64,000 nucleotides of DNA from Flavobacteriales bacterium (GTDB lineage Bacteria; Bacteroidota; Bacteroidia; Flavobacteriales; JANQLC01): the NCBI GenBank assembly GCA_028280815.1, contig JANQLC010000022.1, forward strand, positions 1,002 to 65,001. Reading direction: 5' to 3'. A program made the translations under genes and the position numbers. The notes under the pieces were generated by a model, which did no database searches, was not told the DNA's origin, and saw only the letters and a list, made by a program, of their open reading frames with translations. Positions 1-11,251 of this stretch are shown piece by piece (within the stretch, counting starts at the first letter, position 1; each line of letters starts with the position of its first letter).

Positions 1-596
1 TCCTTTTTACCCGAGCGAAACCCCGGTGTGCCCTTTTCAACCACAAAGGCCGATGTAGCATGTGAATCAGCCTTTTTACCCGTGCGGACAACCACTACGG
101 CTAAATTTCCGCTAATTCCGTGTGTGATAAAATTTTTGGTGCCGTTGATCACCCATTGATCGCCTTCCCGAACGGCTGTGGCGCGCATCCCACCCGCATC
201 GGACCCGGTATTGTGCTCGGTTAAAGCCCAGGCGCCGATCCATTGTCCCGTCGCGAGCTTGGGAAGCCACCGCTCCTTTTGCGCCTCGCTTCCAAAGCTC
301 AAAATGTGATTCGTGCACAGTGAATTGTGCGCGGCTACGGACAAGCCGATAGAAGAATCTACTTTGGCGATCTCTTCGACGATGGCGATGTATTCATGAT
401 AACCCAAACCCGATCCTCCATAGGCTTCAGGCACCAGAATGCCCATGAAACCCATCTCGCCAAGGGCGCTGAATAGGGGTAACGGGAAAAGCTGTTCTTC
501 ATCCCATTTCTTGACGTTGGGCTCGATGTGCTGACGGGCGAAATCACGTGCGGATTGCGCAACCATAACACAGGTATCGGAATAGTCAAAGTCCAT
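1..596 (-). CDS. Acyl-CoA dehydrogenase (5' part; runs off window edge)
   Basis: Read manually from ATG at 596: MDFDYSDT...GFMGILVPEAYGGSGLG...AAHNSL...GAWALTEHNTGSDAGGM...WVINGTKNFITHG. Open to position 1; absent from ORF track because no stop lies in the window. Confidence 0.93.
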   Translation of the reverse strand, partial: MDFDYSDTCVMVAQSARDFARQHIEPNVKKWDEEQLFPLPLFSALGEMGFMGILVPEAYGGSGLGYHEYIAIVEEIAKVDSSIGLSVAAHNSLCTNHILSFGSEAQKERWLPKLATGQWIGAWALTEHNTGSDAGGMRATAVREGDQWVINGTKNFITHGISGNLAVVVVRTGKKADSHATSAFVVEKGTPGFRSGKK

Positions 597-605
597 TTAT
601 ACCAT

Positions 606-1541
606 TTACTCAGCTATCAAATTGGGCTTCAAATATAATCTAATTTTATCGAAGTCTTTTCCCCGGAAAGCCGGCAGCTTTCTCAACTGTTCCACATTTT
701 GAAACCGCCCGCCACCACGCCGCAATTGAAAGATTTGCTCAACCATGTCATAATCGAAATACGGATGTCGAAGCAGGGTTTTGAAACCGACTCGGTTGAT
801 ATCCATTCGGCGAATTTTTGTTGGATCGATCCGCGCATACCGGCTTAGAAATGCAAGGGACGCGCTATCCATGTGATACACCTCATCGAGTTGCGAAAAC
901 CGCATATAGCCGCCGAGCATCTCCCGATAGGTGATCAGAGCGGGAGCCACCCTGTGGAGCGGTGGCAGCGCTTTTAGATCGCTTAAGGACACCGTATTTA
1001 AATCAAAGGTTTTGTAAGCGGTGCCCTCGGACCGGGTCGCGCTATTCAGCTTTTGGGGTTTTTCACTCGTCTCAGCCGGTTTTGAAAATCGAATAAACGG
1101 TTCGATCTCAGCAAATTTTTTGGCCCTGATCACGTATGATCGCTGGATTTGAGCCTTGTTCTCAAAGCCGCCTAAGCTGCGTCTGTACTTTAGAATTGAC
1201 TGCGCCTGCCGCTTGGAAAAACCCAAGGCCATCCAGCCTTCTCCATCCAGGCGATTGGGATCGAAAAACCGCGGCAAAGCGGCTTTCCCAGCGATCCCTT
1301 TACCGCGTTTTGAAGCCGGATGCGAAACGCTAAGTGATTTTGAAGTGGAATCCTTCTGTTCGGCATCCAAAATTTTTGCCTTAAACGCATCCCACTCCCT
1401 TAGAGAAACCCTTTGATCTGGGGTGAAGATCGAGAAATCAAAGAAGAGGATCACCAGCTCTAGGACGATTATCAGGAACGCGGTCACTAAGATTCCCAAC
1501 CGGATTTGCTTGGGAAAGTCAAATGGAGCTTTAGAGTGCAT
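606..1541 (-). CDS. ComEA-like helix-hairpin-helix DNA-binding membrane protein
   Basis: N-terminal TM helix; repeated HhH units (FDPNRL..W..LGFS..QA..ILKYR; FDLNT; DINR...LLRHPY). Usual neighbour of acyl-CoA dehydrogenase in Flavobacteria. Confidence 0.85.
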   Translation of the reverse strand: MHSKAPFDFPKQIRLGILVTAFLIIVLELVILFFDFSIFTPDQRVSLREWDAFKAKILDAEQKDSTSKSLSVSHPASKRGKGIAGKAALPRFFDPNRLDGEGWMALGFSKRQAQSILKYRRSLGGFENKAQIQRSYVIRAKKFAEIEPFIRFSKPAETSEKPQKLNSATRSEGTAYKTFDLNTVSLSDLKALPPLHRVAPALITYREMLGGYMRFSQLDEVYHMDSASLAFLSRYARIDPTKIRRMDINRVGFKTLLRHPYFDYDMVEQIFQLRRGGGRFQNVEQLRKLPAFRGKDFDKIRLYLKPNLIAE

Positions 1542-1568
1542 GGAGAAATCTATTTTTTTGACACCTGT

Positions 1569-3621
1569 TTATTCACCTTTGTGTAATATTTTATCACCCT
1601 TCAACTTACTCAGGTAAGCGTGTAAATCGCTGCGCACCTCACCCGAGGGTATGTAAAGGCCCAAGACATTGGGGAGCGCCATAAGCAGCACAAATAGATC
1701 GACGAGATCGATTATGGAGTGCAGAGAAACCGATGCCCCCACTATGGCGAAAATGCCATACAACACGCAGAGTAAAATCTCTACTCGCCTATTGGCGCCA
1801 AAGAGATATAGGGAAGCCCGAATGGCATAATAACCCCAGCTTAGCGCAGTGGAAAGGCCGAGTAATAATATGATGGGGATGAACAGGTACTCCTCCATCA
1901 TCCCAATTTGGCTCTTAATGGCAGCTGAGGTGAGATCCACACCCCCTAAGTCCTGTACTTGATAGTGGTAGGTAAGGACTAAAATCAAAGCGGTCAAAGT
2001 GCAAACCACAACTGAGTCGATAAAAGGACCTATGGAAGCGACGAGGCCCACCGAAATGGGACGATTGGTTTTCGTCTCGCTATGCGCTATAGGAGCGGTG
2101 CCGACTCCGGCCTCATTGGAAAAAGCACCCCGCCGAATCCCCAGGATCAGAACCCCTAGCACCCCACCTTTCAAGGCGCCTGGGTTAAAAGCGCCACGGA
2201 TGATCAGCTCAAAGGCCCCTCCGACCTCTGCCGCATTGAGCGAGATCACGATTAAGCCCAACAAAACATGTCCAATGCACATAAAGGGAACTACTTTTTC
2301 CGTAACCCTCACCAACCGCTTTACGCGGCCGATGAGAATCACGCCCAGCGTAGCACCGAAGACTATCCCGATCTGAATGCCTCGCCCTTTGAGGCTTGGA
2401 AACACCCCCTGGAGGAAGACAGATGATTGGTTGCAAGAGAATAGGTTTGAAGAGCCAAAGGCAGCGATAAGCGTAAAAACGGCGAGAAGCTTACCCAAAC
2501 CCTTTAAATTACGGCGCCGCAAACCGCGGCTCAAATAGTTCATGGGGCCGCCGAGAATGTAGCCGCCTTTCCTGAGCGCACGGTATTTAACACTCAGACT
2601 ACAGAACACAAATTTGACTGCCATGCCGAAAAATCCGGACACCCAAATCCAAAACATAGCCCCTGGCCCCCAAGGAAATGGCCGCCGCCACGCCAGCGAC
2701 ATTTCCTAGGCCGACGGTGCTCGAAAGCGCTGCGCTCAAAGCCTGAAAGTGGGTCACTTCTCTCCAGCGCATCGGGTTCATGAAACCTTTGATCAAATGC
2801 CAACTGAATGCTGTGCCCAAATTTCCGGATGGGTATAAAGCCCATTCTAATGCTGAGAAAGAGCGCGCCTGCAACCAACCAAAGTACGATGAACGGGGCG
2901 TTCTTTTTTCGCAGATCTCCATTGGGATATAACAAGGGTACCGGCCGTTCGTATTGGATGAAGCCTAGGTTTTGTACCCGGGCATTTGACCCATCTTGCG
3001 AATCGCGGATCGATTCACCGGGTTCGACCCGCTCTTTAACGATTCCTTCTGCAGGTGCATAAACGCCTATACCTCTTTGTTACCCCGGGCTACCAACGCG
3101 AGCAACGCCTCTCTTTCTACCGCTTGTCCATCGGGTACCTCCCACTCTTCAAAGGTGATTTTTGTACCTTCTCCAGGCCGACTCGGCACCTCAATCGCTC
3201 GCCTACCAGCATAAAATACCGGGTCGTAAAGCCCCAAAGCGGAAAAGGGATCAAAAAACAAAATTTTGTCCATCCACTCCTTAACGATCATTACGACCCC
3301 TTCAAAACGCTCGGAAATGGATAGGGGCTGGACCTCAAACGTCTCTTTAACCGTATCCCCAGCGGCGTTTGTAACCGCTACCGTATAGGGAATTCCTTCA
3401 GTCAATCCAGTCGCCTTATCGGCATCTAAGGGTATATCGCGATCGCTCCACTTGTATTGATAGGGTGGCAGGCCGCCCCTGACTTGTAGCTCGATCAAAC
3501 CATCGTTTATCCCTTTGGAGGGATTTTCGATCTCTGCATGAACTTCCAATCGACCCTGGGCAAACACAGCGGTAGGCAGATATAGGGTTAAAAGCGCGAC
3601 GTAAAATCTACTCATAATCAC
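1569..3621 (-). pseudogene. Alanine/glycine:cation symporter (AGCS) with N-terminal SprB-like and lipoyl-like domains; 3 frameshifts
   Basis: Pieces in different frames join into one gene: signal peptide + 3067-3621; IGVYAPAEG...PFIVLWLV; [22 protein letters not shown]; GPGAMFWIW...RRGAFSNEAGVGTAPIAH. Shifts near 3072, 2760 and 2668. Confidence 0.88.
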
Positions 3622-3699
3622 AGGTTTAAATACTGAATTGTTTTTTAATTCACCAGTATTTGATTTTCAAATATAGCCTTTTTCCCGATTTGAACCCAT

Positions 3700-4560
3700 G
3701 AGATACGTTTGGAATGGGGGCCGGATTCGCAATTGATGAGCACAACCCAATCCAGCATCTCAGTCATTCCGAGATCGCAAGGTTTTGATGGATTTTCCCC
3801 ATCGCTCTACCTCCGTACTGTGCGATAGCCTTTCCCTGGGGATTTACGGCCGCGGCATTTGGCGATGAACAGCCTGACGATGGATGTCCCTTGCCGCTTT
3901 GTGCCACAGCTTCTAACCGGCTTGTCATGCGCTTTTAACCGGGCAAAACCAATGGCGTCATACGTTGAATCAGGTGCTGTAAATCGCGTCTAAAACTGTA
4001 TTTTTTCTCAGCGTTCACAGTTGAAAAGGGTTTTAAGACCCTATCCTTTGTGCGCTTCGCATGTGATGGATGTGTTACCAAACCCTGTGCTCAGGCTTTA
4101 AAATCTTCGTTAAAAGGGCTCTGTCTTTGTAATTTCAAGTGTGTGATGGAACGAATAAATCGATTTAAAAAGAAACCCGAAAAGCATTGGCTCGATTCAT
4201 CTGAGCTGAGCGGGCTAAGTGTGGACTTGCTATTATCCATAATGGTTTTAACCCCAGGCTTAAACGCGGTGAAAGGAAAAATGGGTCTTTTATTATGTAT
4301 AGCCGTATCAGCGATGACAGTTGTCGGGTATTTTTCGCTTGGAAAAGCTGTTTTCGTCGTAGAAGACTTGCGGAATAATATCACTTAGAATGCGCTTTTG
4401 GATCGGCGTATTCAACCGTTAAAAATAAACGATCTGAAATGGGCACACAGCTGTTCAAAAAAGCGCTTTCCGCCCCCCATTAGGATAAGACCTTCCGGTA
4501 AACCCCGCATTCGCACACTAGGGTCTAAGCCTGATGCAGATGATTTTTCAGGCTTGCAAA
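3700..4560 (-). pseudogene. pyrF: Highly decayed remnant of orotidine-5'-phosphate decarboxylase
   Basis: Collinear motif remnants: CI-GLDP (4520-4538), EKYPTTVIAD (4307-4336), GMTEMLDWVVLINC (3729-3770). Lies directly downstream of prfA, as pyrF does in Flavobacteria. Confidence 0.55.
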
Positions 4561-4572
4561 TGATTTCCGAAT

Positions 4573-5676
4573 TTAAGCCGATGTGTCCGGGGATGGGGGC
4601 ACTCCAGCTGCCTGCAGTTTTTCAGCGTTTTCCGCTATTTTAAGGGCTTCGATCAAGCCTTTTATATCACCGTTCATAAAGGCGGTCAAATCGTATATGG
4701 ATTTGTTGATCCGGTGGTCGGTCACCCGACCTTGGGGATAGTTGTAGGTTCTGATTTTCGCCGAGCGATCCCCGGTGGAAACCAGTGATCGCCGTTGCTG
4801 CGCTCGCGCGCTGTGCGCCCTTTCCAACTCGATTTGATATAGACGCGAGCGCAGTACCTGTAGGGCTTTGTCATAGTTTTTGTGCTGCGAACGCCCGGCC
4901 TGGCATTCCACCACGATACCCGTGGGTAGGTGCGTCAAGCGAATGGCCGATTCGGTTTTGTTCACGTGTTGTCCCCCTGCACCGGAAGATCGAAATGTAT
5001 CCTTGCGGATATCGCTTGGCTCGATGCTTACATCGACTCCTTCCGCTTCGGGTAAAACCGCTACGGTAACCGCCGAGGTGTGTACGCGTCCTTGCGATTC
5101 GGTCTCGGGCACGCGCTGCACGCGGTGTACCCCACTCTCGAACTTGAGCGTGCCGTATACGCCCTCCCCACGCACATCCACCACCAGCTCCTTAAAGCCG
5201 CTACCCCCACCTTCGGTCGAGTTGAGCACTTCAAACCGCCAGCCTTTTTCCGCGAAGAGCAGGCTGTACATACGAAACATATCCGCTGCAAAAAGGGCCG
5301 CTTCGTCACCACCCGTACCCGCGCGAATCTCTACGATGGCATTCTTATCATCCTCGGGGTCCGCGGGAATTAAGAGGCATTTGATCTCCGACTCCAACTC
5401 GGGCAAGCGCGCTTCAGCCGCTGCCTTCTCCGCCTGTGCCAAGGCCCGCATCTCTGAATCCGTACCGTTTTCAATGATTTGCTCTGCCTCTCGAATCAAA
5501 TCGAGCCCAGCCTGATAGCGCTGGTAAACCGCCACCACTTTGCTTAGTTCTTTGTATTCCTTACTGAGTTTGATATGCTTTTCCCGGTCCGATAAGACAT
5601 CGGGTCGGCTGAGCGCTGAGGCCAGAGCCTCGTATCGATCGCTTATACCCCGCAGTTTTTCAACTAAGCTCGACAT
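4573..5676 (-). CDS. prfA: Peptide chain release factor 1
   Basis: EIRAGTGGDEA, GVHRVQRVPETESQGRVHTS, GAGGQHVN motifs. Start set at ATG 5676, downstream of a TATCTTTG box. Confidence 0.97.
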   Translation of the reverse strand: MSSLVEKLRGISDRYEALASALSRPDVLSDREKHIKLSKEYKELSKVVAVYQRYQAGLDLIREAEQIIENGTDSEMRALAQAEKAAAEARLPELESEIKCLLIPADPEDDKNAIVEIRAGTGGDEAALFAADMFRMYSLLFAEKGWRFEVLNSTEGGGSGFKELVVDVRGEGVYGTLKFESGVHRVQRVPETESQGRVHTSAVTVAVLPEAEGVDVSIEPSDIRKDTFRSSGAGGQHVNKTESAIRLTHLPTGIVVECQAGRSQHKNYDKALQVLRSRLYQIELERAHSARAQQRRSLVSTGDRSAKIRTYNYPQGRVTDHRINKSIYDLTAFMNGDIKGLIEALKIAENAEKLQAAGVPPSPDTSA

Positions 5677-5698
5677 GGGTTTAGGGGCTCTGAACCGA

Positions 5699-5706
5699 CA
5701 AAGATA
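5699..5706 (-). promoter_or_regulatory. Bacteroidota -7 promoter box upstream of prfA
   Basis: TATCTTTG (consensus TAnnTTTG) 22 nt before the ATG. Confidence 0.6.
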
Positions 5707-5969
5707 CGGCTTTGTCCCATCTCGTGGTGTGTAAGGCGCCCCCGAGGCTTGCAAGGTCATCCGGTTTGAAAATGCGAGCATAGTCCTTTTTAGAGCCTAC
5801 ACTTTGAGCTTAAAAATGCTTATCTTACCGCATTCTAAGGTTGATTTTCCCCTGTAGGGAACCCTCTTGGTTTTCAAAGCACGTATGAAAAATTCGCAGT
5901 TATAAAAATGACTTTAAAACCCTTCCATTCCAAAATCTCTACATCGCTGCGCTTTCAATCGGATTTCAA

Positions 5970-5977
5970 TATATTTG
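5970..5977 (+). promoter_or_regulatory. Bacteroidota -7 promoter box upstream of aminopeptidase
   Basis: TATATTTG 18 nt before ATG 5996. Confidence 0.6.
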
Positions 5978-5995
5978 CATCTCAAAATCAGTTCG

Positions 5996-7186
5996 ATGAA
6001 AAAGGTAAAAACATTCCTGATACTCTTATGTGCTGGTATGGCAGCGACCTATGCACAAGACGACCGAGTACAAAATCCAAACACCGCTGCCAAAGGGGGA
6101 TTTCAATTTACCACGGTGTTGAATGCGGAGGCCATGCCGGTCAAAAGCCAAGGTAGGTCGGGTACCTGTTGGAGTTATTCGGGTACTTCTTTTTTAGAAT
6201 CGGAAATGATCAAAGCCGGCAAAAAACCTGTGGATTTATCGGAGATGTTTGTCGTTCGAAACGAATACATCGAAAAGGCCAAAATGTATGTGCGCATGCA
6301 TGGTGCATTGGACTATGGACAAGGGGGGGAGCTCCACGATGTGATCAACTTGTACCGAAAGTACGGTGCGGCGCCTTATTCGGTTTACACCGGCTTGCAC
6401 TACGGTACAAAGACCAATCAGTTCGCCGAGTTCGCTGCGATATTAAAGGGCTTCTTACAAGCGGTGGTCGAAGATAAAAACGCCAGGCTTTCAACGGCAT
6501 GGCTCCCCGCTTTCACAAAAGTGGTGGACAGCTACCTCGGAAAATTTCCCAAGACCTTCACCTATAAGGGCAAAACCTATACACCCAAATCCTTTGCCAG
6601 AGAAGTAGTCGGCTTAAACCCCGATGACTACATCGAGTTTACCTCTTGGGAAAGCGAGCCCAAATGGAAACCCGTCTTGCTAGCTGTACCCGATAATTGG
6701 TCGTACGACAAGGCGTGGAATGTGCCTTTTGAAGACATGACCCGAATCGTCGACCAAGCCTTGCACAAGGGTTATACCGTGGGCTGGGCAACCGATGTCT
6801 CAGAGCTGGGTTTTTCCAGGAAAAAGGGTATTGCTTATGTACCGGACAAGGCAGCAGCCGACATGACGTTTAAAGAGAAGATAGCCCGGTTTAATGAGCC
6901 GAAGAAGGAGCGAGAGACAACGGCAGAAATGCGTCAACGGGCTTTTGACGACTACGAGACGACCGATGACCACGGCATGCAAATCGTCGGACTGGCCAGG
7001 GACCAAAACGGCAAGGCGTATTATAGGGTAAAAAATTCTTGGGGCCCCAAAAAGGGTCGTCAAGGGTATTGGTATGTGACCAAGGATTACTTCCGGTATA
7101 AGACCACCGCTTTTTTGCTGAACAAAAAAGCCTTGTCCAAGGCTGTGCGCAAGCGCATCGAGAACTACAAGCCTTACGGTGTATAG
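5996..7186 (+). CDS. Secreted papain-like (C1/C1B) cysteine aminopeptidase
   Basis: Signal peptide; QGRSGTCWSYS (catalytic Cys), DDHGMQIVG (His), VKNSWG (Asn). Confidence 0.92.
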   Translation: MKKVKTFLILLCAGMAATYAQDDRVQNPNTAAKGGFQFTTVLNAEAMPVKSQGRSGTCWSYSGTSFLESEMIKAGKKPVDLSEMFVVRNEYIEKAKMYVRMHGALDYGQGGELHDVINLYRKYGAAPYSVYTGLHYGTKTNQFAEFAAILKGFLQAVVEDKNARLSTAWLPAFTKVVDSYLGKFPKTFTYKGKTYTPKSFAREVVGLNPDDYIEFTSWESEPKWKPVLLAVPDNWSYDKAWNVPFEDMTRIVDQALHKGYTVGWATDVSELGFSRKKGIAYVPDKAAADMTFKEKIARFNEPKKERETTAEMRQRAFDDYETTDDHGMQIVGLARDQNGKAYYRVKNSWGPKKGRQGYWYVTKDYFRYKTTAFLLNKKALSKAVRKRIENYKPYGV

Positions 7187-8277
7187 CAAAGGGCTCGGCA
7201 CAGGCATTTCTCGATTTCGTATGTATCCCGCTCTCTTTCCTTTGATTCCACGTGCGGGGAGACCCTCTGTTTGACAGTCTAAAACGAGTTTTGTCTTTTT
7301 GTGTTTGTGCTTGTGTTGGGCTGCGCCGACCTTTGTCGGTTGGTGTTTGCCCTTTTAATCTGGTTTGAAATCCAGGCGCTCATTCTTTGCCCTGTGGTCA
7401 GCTATGCCGACTCTCATCACAGATATTACAGAATTTGCCTCCATGGGTGAATCCAAAAGCTGGTTTCGTCGTTTCTGTTCGCGCTTGTCAGGATAAAAAG
7501 GTCTATTCTCATCCTTATCCTACATGAGGCATTTTAACTCGCCACATCATTTTTTAGCATTCGTCTCTATGAGAAGGGTTTAAAAAGCGAGGCTTTTTTC
7601 CGTGTGGGGACTAAGCGTGGACTTATCTCTTTGTGTTTGCTACTCTTGTATGGGCCAAAGGCGCTTTTTTGTCTTTATCCCCCATGGGGCATCTGAGCCT
7701 CCAGCTCTATTTTTTCCCTTTTGCATCGGTCTAGGGAGGAGACTCGTTTTTGGTTTCCATTTGGCAGTTTGAGAAGTGCGTATCATCCTTTTGTATTCGT
7801 CTGTGCGTGGGGGCTTAAGAAAGCGGTCCCATTTTTTGGCCTCTGGTTGACGGCTTAAAAGGCGTACCTCATTCCCTATATTCCTATGCTGTGCTCCAGC
7901 TGCAAAAGCGGCATGAGATCGTTGCGATCAAATCAATACAGCGCTGCCCTCGGAGCCTTTGAGAAAGGGCTATATTTTTTTGTTTTTACCCCTGTGATAG
8001 GGCTTCTGTACATCCTGTATCTCTGTTATCGGCTTTGCCGTTGGGAAAATAAATTATGCGGCATGAAGCGATAAACCCGGCCCTGAGTTATCTGCAACCA
8101 AAAGCGAAACAACCCAAGTAGAATCACAATGAATGAAACCCGCAAACAAATGAACTCACAACCCAAGGCGACCAAAACTGCTCAGTTAGCTACAGACTAG
8201 ACCACACCCAAGGTCCAAGGTTACGGCATTTGAGAGAAACGTATGACTTATCTGCTTTGCACACATACGTCTTGCTT

Positions 8278-10858
8278 CTATCTGCTGGAGCCAACGTAAC
8301 TGGCCCTCCGGCCAGGGTGCCAATACTCTTGACAACTTATCTCTTTACCATTTTCCATCGTGACGGTACAACTTAATCTTTTAATATTAAACATGCCGCC
8401 CATTTTATAGTAAAACTGATCCATGTCTTTTCGTTTTATTTGACCTTGATAAAGCTTTAAAAATTTAAGATTTTTGGACTTTGTTCTGTCTTCAACAAAT
8501 TCAAATTCAATTTGCGAAGGTGACTTACATCTCAAATCCAAATATCCAAGTGTTTCAACTCTGCCGAAATGAATTTTTTTAATAGAATTCACATTGCTAT
8601 CGTGAAAATCTAATCCCCTTATTTTAGTACCTGACATGGCGAATAAATCTAAATCACCGTCATTAGGTAATTTTAACTTCACCAATGAATTGCAATTATA
8701 AACTTGTATGTTTTTCAAACCTTTATTTGATCATAGTGGCAGCTCAGTGAGGCTATTGTCATTCTTGATAAGCAAGTTTTCTAATTTTTGGTTACGACTT
8801 AAATTTATTTCACCAAAAACACCGTTATATATTAAAAAACTTCTCAACCCACTAAATAATTCAATCCCCTGAAAAGATTTTATATCTTTCAAAAGGTTTA
8901 GATCAGGAGTTTTGCCTACTTGATCAGAATTGCTAATATTTACAATACCTCTGACATAATCAAGATTGATGTCATCCCCAACAAATGACCCAGGAAGTTT
9001 CTCTCTCAAGTAATACGCAAATCCCTTAGAAAAAGTAGTTGCACATTTACCACCGCTACAATAGCCAACGCCTTCTTTGTCGAATTTATAATCGGAACAG
9101 ATCAGATTATCTTTACCAGAGGCTCTATTGTAATCATTGTCAAACACCTGTACTTTAGTATCGGGCGAATTTTTCTTTACTTATTTGATCTCTGTATAGT
9201 CTTTTAAAAATTCTCGTATCTTTAGGGTTTTCAATTCCCCGCTTTGTTTATTTCTATTACAGTCCATGTCTGCCTTGCATTCACTCCAGAAGATATCAAA
9301 CAGACGTCTTTTTTCGGCTGTATCCTCGAATGCGTTCCGAAATCCAGTTGCATCTAAATAAGCCATATCATTGCGATAATACTCTAAGTGTGTCATATAT
9401 GTGTTTTTACTCAAGTCTAAGCTATGTATTTGGTTGTCATGACATATCAATGTATTCAAAATGCTTTCTTCTGAGAGATTCAGTTTACTTATTTTATTAT
9501 CGGAGCGCCTCAATTCCAACAATTTATGGTTATTTCTTAGGTTCAAACTTCCCAATTCGTTTTGGGAACAGTTTAATTCTTTCAGTACGGTGAAATACTC
9601 AATCCCTTTTAAAGACTTTATACTCTTTCCTTCCACATCAATCGATTTGGTCTTTCTCACTTCTAAGGCATAGAAATTCATTTTTCCATCCTCTCGAAAA
9701 ACATTTTTACCCTTGAAAAGCCGTTTTAAATAAGTCGTGAAATGGGAATCTTCAAATTCCACATAGAAGCCTTCAGCAGATTCGTGGGCACTACGTTCAG
9801 CTTTTATAGCAGCGTTTCCTATTTCTTCAGCAATAGTTTCGACACTTCTATCAGAAGAGGATTTGGCCTGTCTGGCAGCCTTTATAGCTAACTGGGCTTC
9901 AAAGATGGCAAAATAGGCGGCGGCTGTAGCTTTGGAATCAGCATTGCTGGCTGTTGCTTCCAAATCCTCATCTTCCCCGCTACCTTCATTGGTAAGTGTA
10001 GAGGGCTTTTTTCCAAATACTTTGGCTTTGGCTTCTTCGAGCGCTTTTTTCGCAACGGCTTCATAGGCTTGCGCAACTGTTAGCCAGGATTCGGCCGCAA
10101 TCAGGTACCATTTACTATTGCGATCGCTTAGCACAGGCAGCTTGGCGAGCAATGTTTGGAAATAAGGTCGACTAGTCCCTTTTAGAAGAGAAGACCCTTC
10201 TTCAGCCTATGCCGCCGCATACTTGATGGGAGATGGTATTTGGGAAGCCAGTTCTATAGATTTTGTGGCATTTTCAACAGTTTTAGTAGCTTTTTTGGCG
10301 GATGCTACAGATTTGGAGAGCGATGTTTTGGGATTCTTGGCTTGCTCAGCGAGTTTCTCGACTTGTGCCTCAGCTTTTTCGGCTTTTTTAATCAAGTCTT
10401 AGAAGGACCGTGTAGTAAATTTAAAAGCGAGACCTGCAACCGGGTGCTCGGGTTGTGCGATTGTGCTCTCAACGATCAGCTTATACGCCCTATCGGGCTC
10501 CAAAGGCTCAGCCAAACTGCCCTTGACGCCCAGTGGGTCGCTGGAGTTTATAGGCTGCTCTTCACCCAAAAAGTGTGGCGCTTTACCGCTGACCTCATCC
10601 TCTAAAATCGCCTCTTCAAGGTCTATACGCTCATCGGGCGGCCATCTCGGTAAAGCGCAATGAGAGTACGGGTTGTAAACCGATACCGGTATGGGTAGCA
10701 TTATCACCAGCAATAAACTGCTCACCATCCATTTGTACGTCAAGCGCCTTCAGCGCAATTTTGGACGTGATGACTTGATTTTCATCTTTGGCACAAGATG
10801 ACAAAAGGCATGCAAACAGCAGGCAATAGCTCAGTAATTCCTCTTTGCGTATTTTCAC
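8278..10858 (-). pseudogene. Leucine-rich-repeat surface lipoprotein (lipobox + Ig-like domain + Ala-rich helix + LRRs); 1 frameshift and 4 in-frame stops
   Basis: Lipobox LLSSC; frameshift ~10640. ORFs 10399-10743, 10207-10395, 9181-10152, 8731-9147 and 8278-8718 are all in one frame, separated by single stops. LRRs: IKSLKGIEYFTVLKELNCSQNELGSLNL, IKSFQGIELFSGLRSF. Confidence 0.85.
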
Positions 10859-11251
10859 AACGAGATCAGTCTTATCAATCCCTTTGCACGCGCCACATCA
10901 ATACTTTGAGCCATTCCAAATCTTAGAATATCTGGGAGTAAGTGGTGACAATTGACTGGCTTTTTCTCTTTCTCCTACGCACTCATACAAGGGGAAAATT
11001 CTTATATCATTCATGTGAAATACGGGCGTAAGGTACTAAATTGTTCTATAAAGGCTCTGAAAAAATATCAGCTCGGTTTACAAAGCCCGGCAATGCACAA
11101 CCCTTTGCCAATCTGTGTGCTAAAGAAGAGGCGTTTTTTACTGCTGTTCTCCTATGGCAAAGGTGAAGCCTTATCCATTTGCCCTTATCTCCATTTGGCA
11201 TGGGCGCGATCCAGCCGCCTCTCGCCGAGTACACGTATAGGCAAACTGAGG

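Noticed and set aside
3628-3663. Glycine riboswitch upstream of the AGCS gene
   Set aside because: Only an AT-rich hairpin (AAATACTG...CAGTATTT); conserved aptamer motifs not found
8278-10401. Stop-codon reassignment or read-through explaining the in-frame stops of the LRR gene
   Set aside because: All three stop types occur, a frameshift is also present, and intact genes in the window end in TAA, TAG and TGA
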